In this document: positions 45,937-54,692 of the stretch, one piece after another | Position numbering within the stretch: position 1 is the first letter of the stretch | Layout of the letters: every line of letters begins with the position of its first letter | Source of the DNA: Candidatus Thorarchaeota archaeon | GTDB taxonomy: Archaea; Asgardarchaeota; Thorarchaeia; Thorarchaeales; Thorarchaeaceae | Length of the DNA: 64,000 nt | Direction of reading: 5' to 3' | Assembly (NCBI GenBank): GCA_048882485.1 | Contig: JBHLRP010000012.1 | Coordinates: 1-64,000, forward strand | Notes under the pieces: model-generated | Told to the model about the DNA's origin: nothing | What the model saw: only the letters and a program-made list of their open reading frames with translations | Database searches by the model: none | Position numbers and translations under genes: made by a program

Positions 45937-47370
45937 ATGGGTCTTGGCGATAGCATGGGATTGAGAAGCATCTCTAGGCATGTTATTGTTTCGCTGCTTC
46001 TCATATTCATGGCATCAATACAGGCCATCGTCTACTATTCCGTGTATCGGCTGCGAGACCCTCCGGAATATAATGATGTATTCATTATGTTCACAATTTC
46101 TGGAGTCATCTTCTTTCTGATTCTGATATTCGAAAGATCAATAGAGAAGCGTTCTGCTCGAATCCCCCTTCAATTGGGATGGGCCTTCTTCTTCTATACC
46201 GCAGTCCATTCAGGTCTCATCAATCTTGTTGACCTATCCTATCCATACGGTTCGGATATTCTTGACACATTGACACAGTTCTATCAGGACAACCTCACTC
46301 TGTTCCTGGGAGCTGGAGTCGTCATCTCAGTCATTGGGATATACAATTGGGTTGTAGATGTTGCCGAGAGAGAAAGGAGGTTCCAGACTCTGGTTGCAGC
46401 TATGCCGGTCGGAGTCGCAATGTTAGATGCAGAAGGCAGAGTCACTATACACAATCAAGGCCTGTCTCAGATACTTCAGATAGACGGGAGTCAGCTACAA
46501 GGTGCGATGATGTCAGACCTTCTGCTAACGGATGTTCAATCAATCTTGGAGGACAATGGCACCAGCTCAGATGCTCCCTTGGAAGTTGATGTGACTCTGG
46601 AGCAGGATGATGGATCAAAGACATACCTGGCCGTGTCTTTTGTAAGTAGTCGAGAACGGGATGGTCGCATCACTGGTCACATAGTTGTGGTTTCAGATGT
46701 TACTATGCGGCGAAGAACTGCTGAAGAGCGTGAGCAACAGAGGCGAGTAATAGACCTCTATGCATCACTAATGAGCCACGACATAGGCAATGATCTTCAA
46801 GCTGTACTTGGCTATGTCGAAAGCTCTCTGCTGCTGTTCAAAAAGGATAAGGCAAAAGCAACTGAAATGCTTGAATCAGCACAGGCTGCAGCTCTTCGAA
46901 TGACCAATCTGATCAAGACCTTCAAGAGTGATGTTACACCCTCGAGCATTGATATTGTGCCAATGCTCAAGGAAGTCGCCAGTCAAGCAGAACAAGTGAG
47001 CATGGGACTGAAAGTTCAGGTGCATGTCGAGTCTGGTGCAATTCATCTAAGGAGTCCTGCAGGGTCATTGCTTCCCATTGCAATGGACAATCTCCTTCGT
47101 AATGCGTCAGAACATGCGGGAAGTGATGCAGAAGTCAACATTCGTGTTCTGGTCGAGAACGAGAACCTAGTGATAGTCGTTGCTGATAATGGACCGGGCA
47201 TTCCTGAAGCAGTGCGTAGGACACTTTTCATTAGAAGTGATCCGCATGGAGAAAAGGGTCTAGGTCTATATCTGACCAAACAAATCATAATTGCATGCGG
47301 GGGCACCATCGAGCTCGATAGTACGGAAGCTGGGGCTACATTTCGAATCACACTCCCCCTCTCTGAATAG
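45937..47370 (+). CDS. Membrane PAS-domain sensor histidine kinase
   Basis: 4 TM, PAS, H-box SHDIGNDL, N-box NLLRNA, DNGPGIP, GLGL. Confidence 0.92.
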   Translation: MGLGDSMGLRSISRHVIVSLLLIFMASIQAIVYYSVYRLRDPPEYNDVFIMFTISGVIFFLILIFERSIEKRSARIPLQLGWAFFFYTAVHSGLINLVDLSYPYGSDILDTLTQFYQDNLTLFLGAGVVISVIGIYNWVVDVAERERRFQTLVAAMPVGVAMLDAEGRVTIHNQGLSQILQIDGSQLQGAMMSDLLLTDVQSILEDNGTSSDAPLEVDVTLEQDDGSKTYLAVSFVSSRERDGRITGHIVVVSDVTMRRRTAEEREQQRRVIDLYASLMSHDIGNDLQAVLGYVESSLLLFKKDKAKATEMLESAQAAALRMTNLIKTFKSDVTPSSIDIVPMLKEVASQAEQVSMGLKVQVHVESGAIHLRSPAGSLLPIAMDNLLRNASEHAGSDAEVNIRVLVENENLVIVVADNGPGIPEAVRRTLFIRSDPHGEKGLGLYLTKQIIIACGGTIELDSTEAGATFRITLPLSE

Positions 47371-47471
47371 GTCTTTCATCTGACAGTGCGTGTGAAACGC
47401 GTCTATTTTGCCATTTCAGAAAATTCATAAAATTAACAATAGTAAATATCACTACTCTTGAGGGATATTCA

Positions 47472-48038
47472 TTGACAATGAACCGAGATGAAATGACAGC
47501 TAAAATGATGGAGAAGGTAGTTGAAGAAACTGGAAAGACAGTTGATCAATGGGTAAAGACTGTTCAGTCGAGGAAGCTCGTAAAACATGGTCAGATTCGA
47601 GCCTTCTTGAAAGACGAACATGGACTCACATATGGGTATGCAAACACACTAGCTCATGTCATTCGAGACATCACAGAAGGCAGACAGACCGATGAAGAGT
47701 TGGTGGAGGCTCAATACGCAGGAGCAAAATCAAACCTGAAACCAATCTATGAGAGCATCCGGAACGCTGTAGAGAAGTTCGGGACTGACGTTGAAATCGC
47801 ACCTAAGAAAGGCTATGTCAGTCTGAGAAGAAAGAAACAATTTGCGATTGTCCAGCCCTCAACAAAGACCAGGATGGATCTTGGGATAATCCTGAAGGAT
47901 GAGAAACCAACAGCCCGCTTGGAAGAGGCTGGCAGCTGGAACTCCATGTGCAGCCACAGAGTCAGACTAACAGATGAAAAGGAAGTTGATGCTGAGTTGC
48001 TTGCGTGGCTAAAGCAAGCCTATGAGGCCGCAGTTTGA
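47472..48038 (+). CDS. DUF4287-DUF5655-like fusion protein
   Basis: TGKT..W..LK.EHGL.YGYAN; PKKGYVSL.RKKQFA..D.ELLAWLKQAY. Confidence 0.8.
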   Translation: MTMNRDEMTAKMMEKVVEETGKTVDQWVKTVQSRKLVKHGQIRAFLKDEHGLTYGYANTLAHVIRDITEGRQTDEELVEAQYAGAKSNLKPIYESIRNAVEKFGTDVEIAPKKGYVSLRRKKQFAIVQPSTKTRMDLGIILKDEKPTARLEEAGSWNSMCSHRVRLTDEKEVDAELLAWLKQAYEAAV

Positions 48039-48046
48039 GTGAGTAC

Positions 48047-48391
48047 TTACCCCAGTCTCTCTAGGACTGCATCCTGAGCCTCTTTCATGGCTTCATCTTG
48101 CGTACGACTTAGACTGGCTGCCTGCGCTTTGATCTCATTGAAGAGGTCTTCCCTGGATGAGATAGCTGCTTCTACCAAGGCAGCAGCAGCCTCAGATCGG
48201 CTCTTGAATATGCCAAGTGAAACAAGTGAGTCGAGCGTCGCAACGACCCTCTTGTTCATCCGAGCGACAACAGGAACATCTCTCTCTTCCTCCCCAAAAC
48301 CGTCCGCGGCCAATTTACTCAACAGCTTCTCACGTAAGCCGGGGCGTGCTATGGTTGGTGTCTCTTCATTCTTCTTTGCCATTTTTCTCAA
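48047..48391 (-). CDS. Ribbon-helix-helix (CopG/Arc/MetJ) regulator
   Basis: VVARMN..V..LDSLV.LG.FKSRSEAA. Confidence 0.8.
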   Translation of the reverse strand: MRKMAKKNEETPTIARPGLREKLLSKLAADGFGEEERDVPVVARMNKRVVATLDSLVSLGIFKSRSEAAAALVEAAISSREDLFNEIKAQAASLSRTQDEAMKEAQDAVLERLG

Positions 48392-48415
48392 TCCATGTTT
48401 CTATGCCGATACGAG

Positions 48416-48452
48416 CTATATAAACTTCCGTATCGCGTATACGACTTACGTT
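48416..48452 (-). promoter_or_regulatory. TATA box plus heptad repeats (ttccgta, tcgcgta, ttacgtt)
   Basis: Motif shared with sites at 48897 and 49832. Confidence 0.65.
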
Positions 48453-48473
48453 CAGATGCCACTTCAGTGACAT

Positions 48474-48872
48474 CTACCTTGTGAACTGGTCCCTTGGTCC
48501 TGTCCGCGCAGCAATCTTGTCTATCTCATCCTCGGGACTCGCATCCTTCTCCAGAGCCTTGGTATCTACAAGATTTATACCTCTAGATCTGGCCTCAGAG
48601 AACTTGGAGTATGTCCAATCGATGAGATATATCTCCCCAATCAGGGTAATGATCGCGAATCCTGGGAGAGTCAAGGCAGGCAATGCAAGAAGGGCCAGCG
48701 ATGCGGCTAGGCCTCCAATAGACCTTGCATATATGCGCGCAGCTTCAAAGGAGCTAGTCTTGGTCCCAAGCCGCTGAGCGGTCTCATTGCGTGTTTCTAT
48801 TTTATGCTCCTCAAGTCCTCCAAAACCGAGTGGGACCCTCTCGGATTCTATACTTTTTTCCATGACAATCAC
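48474..48872 (-). CDS. Small membrane protein (TM hairpin)
   Basis: Central hydrophobic hairpin; AGGTGA SD. Confidence 0.65.
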   Translation of the reverse strand: MIVMEKSIESERVPLGFGGLEEHKIETRNETAQRLGTKTSSFEAARIYARSIGGLAASLALLALPALTLPGFAIITLIGEIYLIDWTYSKFSEARSRGINLVDTKALEKDASPEDEIDKIAARTGPRDQFTR

Positions 48873-48896
48873 CTACTTCAATCCACGACACATGTT

Positions 48897-48949
48897 TTAT
48901 GTATCGCGTATCGCGTATATGGTATGAACAATACTTGCATATATATCTT
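48897..48949 (-). promoter_or_regulatory. Heptad array (ttatgta tcgcgta tcgcgta tatggta) downstream of TATA
   Basis: Tandem TCGCGTA; acttgcatata element shared with 49872. Confidence 0.7.
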
Positions 48950-49285
48950 GTCTCCACCCATCAGTGATTCGAAAGATGATAACAGACCGATTGGAAGAAT
49001 TAGACAGCATCTTACATGATGCTTGACTCTGCGCTCGCAGCGATATTCTTCAAGTTGTCATCACACAGGCCATCGACTGGTTACAATTCATCTTGATTCT
49101 ATCTGATCAGAAACGATTTCCTTGGTCAAGTCTATGGAAATGGGAGCATGACGCAGCATGTCAGCAGCGGAAAATGGTCCATTTCATGAAAAGCAATGAG
49201 AAATGCCTCCCCTTCCCCAAATCAGAGTCAATTATCATGTCATGATGAATCTCATGATAACGACATTAAGGAGTCCTATTCCTGC

Positions 49286-49813
49286 CTATCCAGCTACTGC
49301 ACTGTATAGAATGTGGGCTGTGGACCCCAAGGAGTTTGAGAATGCCTCCTGTTGCGTGGGAATGTCTGTGAATCCGATTGCAAAGTAATCGAATCTTGAA
49401 TTGTTCATGATCCCCTCAGGGCCTGAGTCTCTCAATCGCGCTAGGAATACAACCGCTTTGGCAAGAGCTGTTGCTTTGCCGATTGGCTCACTCTCTTTTT
49501 CGTAGAGGCTTACCACGAGCTTTTGAATAAATCCGAGTCGTGCCCAGAATGCCCTAATACCGCGATGGAGCTTGAACGCAACGACTTCTCCTTCAGAGTT
49601 GAGGATGATTGCTCCGCATGCGTGTTGAGGAAGGCCCATTATGATGGCTTTGCGGGTAGACCGCGTAATTCGAGAGATGTCTTTGTCATGGCCGTTATTC
49701 CTAATGATTGGAACGATTGCTATTCCTGGGTGTACTATGGGTTCTGCTATGCTAAGCACTGATCCTCTAAGAATCTCGTTCGCTATGGTCCGAATACCTT
49801 CAGTCCCGCTCAA
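49286..49813 (-). CDS. Hypothetical protein, possibly an internally deleted ARPP-1/DUF6569-like protein
   Basis: LSIAEPIVHPGIAIVPI start and ACGAIIL..GEVVAF.L end resemble the two ends of that family. Confidence 0.5.
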   Translation of the reverse strand: MSGTEGIRTIANEILRGSVLSIAEPIVHPGIAIVPIIRNNGHDKDISRITRSTRKAIIMGLPQHACGAIILNSEGEVVAFKLHRGIRAFWARLGFIQKLVVSLYEKESEPIGKATALAKAVVFLARLRDSGPEGIMNNSRFDYFAIGFTDIPTQQEAFSNSLGSTAHILYSAVAG

Positions 49814-49831
49814 TCATCATCACCTTGTTAT

Positions 49832-49888
49832 TCGCGTATTGCGTATAGTAATTACGTATTACGTAATACAAACTTGCATATAAATTTT
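49832..49888 (-). promoter_or_regulatory. Heptad array (tcgcgta ttgcgta .. ttacgta ttacgta) downstream of TATA
   Basis: Four heptads; TATA aaatttatatgcaagt on the minus strand. Confidence 0.7.
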
Positions 49889-49978
49889 GCCCAATCCCGG
49901 TGAGCGATGGAGAGCCATCCTTTTCTGGACTGAGTCCGTAATGTAGGCGGTTCGTTCGCATCCAAGGAAGGTAGTGTT

Positions 49979-50203
49979 ATGGTCACGGTCATTGTACTCA
50001 TTCAAGTAAGACCTGGAAAAGCGGCAGAAGTCTGTTCTGCTGCTGAGAACATCGAAGAGGTCCAGAAGGCCTACATGGTAACTGGCCCGTATGATGTCAT
50101 CGCCATCGCGGAGCTACCAGAGCGTTCAGGATTCAGACGCCTCGTCGATAAATTCCATGAGTCAGATGAAGTCACCAGAACAGAGACCTGTATGAGCATC
50201 TAA
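49979..50203 (+). CDS. Stand-alone Lrp/AsnC ligand-binding (RAM) domain
   Basis: V.K.YMVTGPYDVIA..V.RTET. Confidence 0.88.
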   Translation: MVTVIVLIQVRPGKAAEVCSAAENIEEVQKAYMVTGPYDVIAIAELPERSGFRRLVDKFHESDEVTRTETCMSI

Positions 50204-50227
50204 TCCTGTCATCTGACTTGATACTAT

Positions 50228-50956
50228 CTATGCAGGCACGATTAGATATACACCACCGCATGACGAAATCTGCTCGTAGACCATATGCGTACTTTTCCCC
50301 CATGACATCAGCTTGATCTCGTCAGCAGCCCAATAGAATTCTGTGTCATCCCACACGTCTATCAATTCCTTCCGTGCATTCGCTCTAGCGGCAAAAGATG
50401 GATACGACGTGTCACCGATAATTATTCTCCCGTTATCTCGAAGCAGCTCATTCAGAATTCTTTCAATGACCTTGAGTTTCGTTTCCAGATTGAAATGATG
50501 GAAGACGTATGCTGAGACTATCCTATCAAATCCAGTCTTTATTTCTGAAGGCCATTCAGCGAGGATGTCGGCCTGCATTAGATGGGCAGAGGGCATTTTT
50601 CTCCTTGCCTCTTCTAGCATATTTCCGGAGAAGTCAATGCCCCACACCTCACAGTCCGTGCCGATGAATCGTTCTGCAAGGTTTCCGGTCCCTATTCCCA
50701 TATCTAGAATCCTCATGCCCGGTTGCGGATCTGCTAGCTCGACAATCCTATCCAAAAGCTTGTCATAGCCTTCAAATGGAAAGCTGTTTGCCCAGTCTTC
50801 AACAAACCAGTCATAGTCAGCGGCCCATCGATCGAAGAATTCTGGATTTCTCTCTGGAGTCATTGAGTCACTATTTCCTAGATGTCGATATAGATTTTGC
50901 ACAATCTGCGAATTCTGGTGCAGGAGCAATTCAAGAACCCGAATAGCATTACTCAT
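50228..50956 (-). CDS. Class I SAM methyltransferase (true start probably 50863)
   Basis: FDRWAADYD, ILDMGIGTG, GIDFS..ML, SAYVFHH. Confidence 0.88.
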   Translation of the reverse strand: MSNAIRVLELLLHQNSQIVQNLYRHLGNSDSMTPERNPEFFDRWAADYDWFVEDWANSFPFEGYDKLLDRIVELADPQPGMRILDMGIGTGNLAERFIGTDCEVWGIDFSGNMLEEARRKMPSAHLMQADILAEWPSEIKTGFDRIVSAYVFHHFNLETKLKVIERILNELLRDNGRIIIGDTSYPSFAARANARKELIDVWDDTEFYWAADEIKLMSWGKSTHMVYEQISSCGGVYLIVPA

Positions 50957-50976
50957 TGGGATCCTGGAAGAGGGAC

Positions 50977-51456
50977 CTAAAGTGCAATAGCTCTGCCAAG
51001 CTCCCTCCCTATTTTAACGAACCTATCTTCAACTCCTACATCCAAGGGGCCTTCACGTCCCTCAACTATGGCAGATGCGCGTGGCGCAAGAATCTTAATC
51101 TTCAATCTCTTCATCGAACCTTCGATTCTTCGAGCCGCACTGTTTTCAAGTACTAGCCAACTCTTACTGTTCATTCGAGAAATATTCCTCGTATCAAAAG
51201 CGAATCCAGTGCGTCCCCTCAAATTAAGGGACTTGAGTCTTTGGAGGAAGTCTTTCATTTCTTTGGAAGTACGAATTATGTGTGTTGGCCCACCAATGGC
51301 AATAAAATCGTAGCCGGGAATCTCTATGAAATCAACCTCATTAATACTCAGGCAGTCTGTTTCAATATCACCTTCTCTAATGCCCTCGGCAAGGCTCATG
51401 GCAACAGCTCTCGTGTTTCCATAGAGAGAATGATACAATACAAGCGCTTTCTTCAT
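50977..51456 (-). CDS. Flavodoxin family protein
   Basis: YHSLYGNT, GGPTH, AFDTR. Confidence 0.9.
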   Translation of the reverse strand: MKKALVLYHSLYGNTRAVAMSLAEGIREGDIETDCLSINEVDFIEIPGYDFIAIGGPTHIIRTSKEMKDFLQRLKSLNLRGRTGFAFDTRNISRMNSKSWLVLENSAARRIEGSMKRLKIKILAPRASAIVEGREGPLDVGVEDRFVKIGRELGRAIAL

Positions 51457-51920
51457 TGCACAGGTCTCCTGAAAAGTCCAATGAGAATACCTAGGACTAC
51501 ACCGACTCCAATACCGGCTCCCATACCCATGAACATGGCTATGTCAAATCCTCCAAGCATCCCCACAAGGAGTCCCCCTGCAGTACCAATGAAGACGCCA
51601 CTGGCAATTACTCTACCGTTTTTCAATTTCCAAGCTATTAGAATCCCTAGTAACGAAACTACAGAAAGAATTCCTGTACTGATTGGAACAAAGGAACAGT
51701 GAGAAACATATCCCAGAAGGTTAGGCCTGCTTGCACCCCATTCAAGCATCTCGGTAGGTATCACTGTCCAAAGAGCGGCAGCTGCGGATCCTACAACGGC
51801 AGCAATAATGAACGCCCAGATTAGGGCCATTCCGATAATCCTTACAAATCCCACAACTTTGGAAGTGGTGGCGCTTTTTTGATTGCTGATTACTTCTAAT
51901 TCCTGTAATTCACTCTGCAT
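51453..51920 (-). CDS. Membrane protein
   Basis: 4 TM; SRPNLLGYVSHCSFVP loop. Confidence 0.8.
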   Translation of the reverse strand: MQSELQELEVISNQKSATTSKVVGFVRIIGMALIWAFIIAAVVGSAAAALWTVIPTEMLEWGASRPNLLGYVSHCSFVPISTGILSVVSLLGILIAWKLKNGRVIASGVFIGTAGGLLVGMLGGFDIAMFMGMGAGIGVGVVLGILIGLFRRPVQ

Positions 51921-52608
51921 CGTAATGCTTCAATCCTTGATCTATTATGTTGAATAAGACCGAGAGATACTCTCTGGTCTGTTCCTCTGGTTGGTCCCCT
52001 GTCTTTCCACGCATCACAAGCTCTCTGATTGCAAGTCCCAAGGTACTCAGGGCATAGACTACGGCAAAGGGATCCGCCTTTCTCTGGACTCCAGAATTCT
52101 CCATGGTCTGAGTCACGACATCAATCATAAGCTTCTCAATAGCCATCTGATGCTGTCGAAGCTCGGTTTCGCTTTCCGTCAAGGGCTGCTTTGCATTTTC
52201 TTTCCTGACAATTACGTTGAATGCGACACTCAGTTGACCTGAGTCCATAATCACCGCATGGTCTGGATATTGGTCTACAAAGGCAAGATAGGCATCTCCT
52301 AAGGAGCGCAGCTCATATGTTGTTTCAGGACGTGAGAGAATTCCTTTCATGATTCTGTGCATGTGTTCAAAGGCTCTTGATGCTACTGCCATGTAGAGGT
52401 CGTCTTTTGAGTCGAAGTAGTTGTAGATTGTAGCTTTGGTGTATCCTGCCTCAAGTGCAATCTTGTCCACCATTGTGCGTTCATATCCCTGGCGGATGAA
52501 GAAATCTTCAGCAACATCGATTATTGCATTTCGACGCAACAATCGTTCGCGCTCCAATCTCTTTTGCTTGGTGCTATCAATCCTGTCTTGTCGACTCATG
52601 CGAACCAC
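51910..52608 (-). CDS. TetR/AcrR family regulator
   Basis: F..QGY..T.VDKIA..AGYTKATIYNYF.SKDDL. Confidence 0.93.
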   Translation of the reverse strand: MVRMSRQDRIDSTKQKRLERERLLRRNAIIDVAEDFFIRQGYERTMVDKIALEAGYTKATIYNYFDSKDDLYMAVASRAFEHMHRIMKGILSRPETTYELRSLGDAYLAFVDQYPDHAVIMDSGQLSVAFNVIVRKENAKQPLTESETELRQHQMAIEKLMIDVVTQTMENSGVQRKADPFAVVYALSTLGLAIRELVMRGKTGDQPEEQTREYLSVLFNIIDQGLKHYDAE

Positions 52609-52611
52609 CAG

Positions 52612-52649
52612 ATTTTACTCAAGTATAATCTATTTTACATGAGTATATT
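52612..52649. promoter_or_regulatory. Tandem imperfect palindromes, probable TetR operators
   Basis: attttactcaagtataat and attttacatgagtatatt, 20 nt apart, directly upstream of tetR. Confidence 0.6.
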
Positions 52650-52705
52650 AAGTTAACCATAGACGTAATCGATGTAGTAATGGGGTAGAAGATGACAAAA
52701 ACGAG

Positions 52706-53542
52706 CTAGCATTCAGCTATCCTGAACTTGTCATTAGCTGTTCGTTCTATGAATCCTTCTTCGATAAGTTGTTCAAGGGTTTCCTTGGGAGAACCGATGC
52801 CAATGCCTTCTTGACCTAGCGCTTCTAGAAGCTCTTGAAGACTGAGAGAGTTGGCACAGGTAAGATGTCTGACAATCGCACCGCGCACTTGCCGATTAGA
52901 TCCTACGAACTTGGGCTGACTCGATGTTGGAGGTATACCAGTTGCATTTGAGGTCAGAATCTCGGATCCATAGTCCATAAGGGCATTATGCCAATCACTG
53001 GAACGACCCTTGAGCAGCAACCGATTTGCAGCCGTCTGTAATTGGCGTTCAGACATCTCTTCAGTCGCAAAACCACTAGCGATCAACACTCTGCGAATGT
53101 TGGTGTCAATGGCGGCTAAATCCTCATTAAAAGCAAAAATCAGAATCGACCGTGATGTGTAAGGCCCTATACCCTTGAGCCCACACAATTCCTCTGCAGT
53201 CCTAGGGAAAGATCCCCTGTTTACAATCTCTCTTGCAGCTTCTCTCAGCCATATAGCCCTTCGATTGTAGCCAAGTCCGCTCCATACCTGCAACAATCTT
53301 TTGGTTTCCGCTCCTGCAAGGCTCTCTATGTTTGGGAATGCTTCTAGGAACTCGAGATACTTTGGAATCACACGACTGACCTGCGTCTGCTGGAGCATGA
53401 CTTCTGACACTAGTACATTGTAGGGGGTAGGGTCCTCTCTCCACGGGAGCGCTCGAGCGTTCTTTTCCCACCAAGTCATTATCTTGTTTTGGAATTCTTC
53501 TATTGATGTACTGTCAATTTCACTGACCAATATAACACTCAC
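52706..53542 (-). CDS. mutY: MutY-like A/G glycosylase lacking Fe-S cysteines, with C-terminal winged helix
   Basis: LPWR, SEVMLQQTQ, GLGYNRRA, GIGPYT, IDTNIRRV, ALMDYG. Confidence 0.8.
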   Translation of the reverse strand: MSVILVSEIDSTSIEEFQNKIMTWWEKNARALPWREDPTPYNVLVSEVMLQQTQVSRVIPKYLEFLEAFPNIESLAGAETKRLLQVWSGLGYNRRAIWLREAAREIVNRGSFPRTAEELCGLKGIGPYTSRSILIFAFNEDLAAIDTNIRRVLIASGFATEEMSERQLQTAANRLLLKGRSSDWHNALMDYGSEILTSNATGIPPTSSQPKFVGSNRQVRGAIVRHLTCANSLSLQELLEALGQEGIGIGSPKETLEQLIEEGFIERTANDKFRIAEC

Positions 53543-53655
53543 TTCCCCTTCTTGTTGATGCTTGAGATATATGATTTATTGACTGGCAAAGAATCAAAGA
53601 TGAAGTTAGGCAAGCGTTGTCCCTAATAATAGTTGGAATCATTGCAATAATGTAG

Positions 53656-54207
53656 CTATCTCATGTTCTTGAACCAACGCAGTGTTTCTTCAGCCTCTTC
53701 CTCACCTTCAAAGAGGTCCAACTGCCGATAGATCTCTACAGCAAACTCAGCATAGGCCTGACCACGGGCAGTGATGATGTTTCCATCAACGACTACATCC
53801 TCATCTATGAGCGTACAGTCTGTGAAGACCTTCAGGGCATATTCCTCATCGTGCCCATGAGTGATTCTCTTGTCCTTGAGTATGCCTGCATTTGCCAGAA
53901 ACTCGGGTCCTCCACAGATAGCCGCAATAGGCTTTCCTCGTCTATGAATCTCCTGAAGGAGATTGTTTACATCCTCGCGTTCCTTATACGCTCCAGGTTC
54001 ACCGCCAGGAATGATTAGAAGGTCAACATCATCTGGATCAATGTCTTTCACCGTCAAATCAGCCACTGCTTTGAGCTTCTCATTACTTGGCACAACTCTT
54101 TCATCTACGGTAAACGAGCGAATCTCTGATTTTTCCTTGAGGAGAAGTAGGGACAACATTATTTCGAACTGCACGAAGCCGTCGTATAGGAGGACATAGC
54201 TCTTCAT
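53656..54207 (-). CDS. DJ-1/PfpI family protein
   Basis: LIIPGG, IAAICGGP, VVVDGNIITA. Confidence 0.9.
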   Translation of the reverse strand: MKSYVLLYDGFVQFEIMLSLLLLKEKSEIRSFTVDERVVPSNEKLKAVADLTVKDIDPDDVDLLIIPGGEPGAYKEREDVNNLLQEIHRRGKPIAAICGGPEFLANAGILKDKRITHGHDEEYALKVFTDCTLIDEDVVVDGNIITARGQAYAEFAVEIYRQLDLFEGEEEAEETLRWFKNMR

Positions 54208-54332
54208 TTCTGTTCGGACTGAGCATAAAATGCTCGAAAATAAAGGAATTCTTGAAAGCAAGATTCGGAGAAAGACCACTTGAACTGGCACTCATCAAGT
54301 ATTTTAGATTCAATTTCATTCCTCCCGTATCG

Positions 54333-54557
54333 ATGACTTGCTATTTCAAGAACTCAAGAATGACAGAGTTGTTCTCAGAGCTGGGCGTTAAAGTAACAAA
54401 TGAAAACATGAAGGAAATTGACGAGAGGCTTCATGAATACTTGAGTGTTGACTACAAGAACTGCGCTGCAACTTGGAAGATGATTAGAAAGCGGCTAAAG
54501 GAAGATGGAGAAGGCTTCAAGCAACGACTTCGAGGAGTCCTAGGGTCATTCACTTAA
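54333..54557 (+). CDS. Small conserved hypothetical protein, paralog of 38197
   Basis: MTCYF..VT.EN..EID..H..VDYKNC..WK..RL.ED. Confidence 0.8.
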   Translation: MTCYFKNSRMTELFSELGVKVTNENMKEIDERLHEYLSVDYKNCAATWKMIRKRLKEDGEGFKQRLRGVLGSFT

Positions 54558-54692
54558 TCATGAATCATGCTGGTGTTCTCATTAGAAGAAGACTATTCTC
54601 TGAGAATCGCACGACATTGACTTTTATACACTCAAAACGAATTCTCACAGTTATCGCTGCTCCAAAACCTGTGTTCCTTTAGATGACACCTG

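Noticed and set aside
48426-49865. CRISPR or iteron array
   Set aside because: Repeats are 7 nt with no spacers and sit in promoter positions
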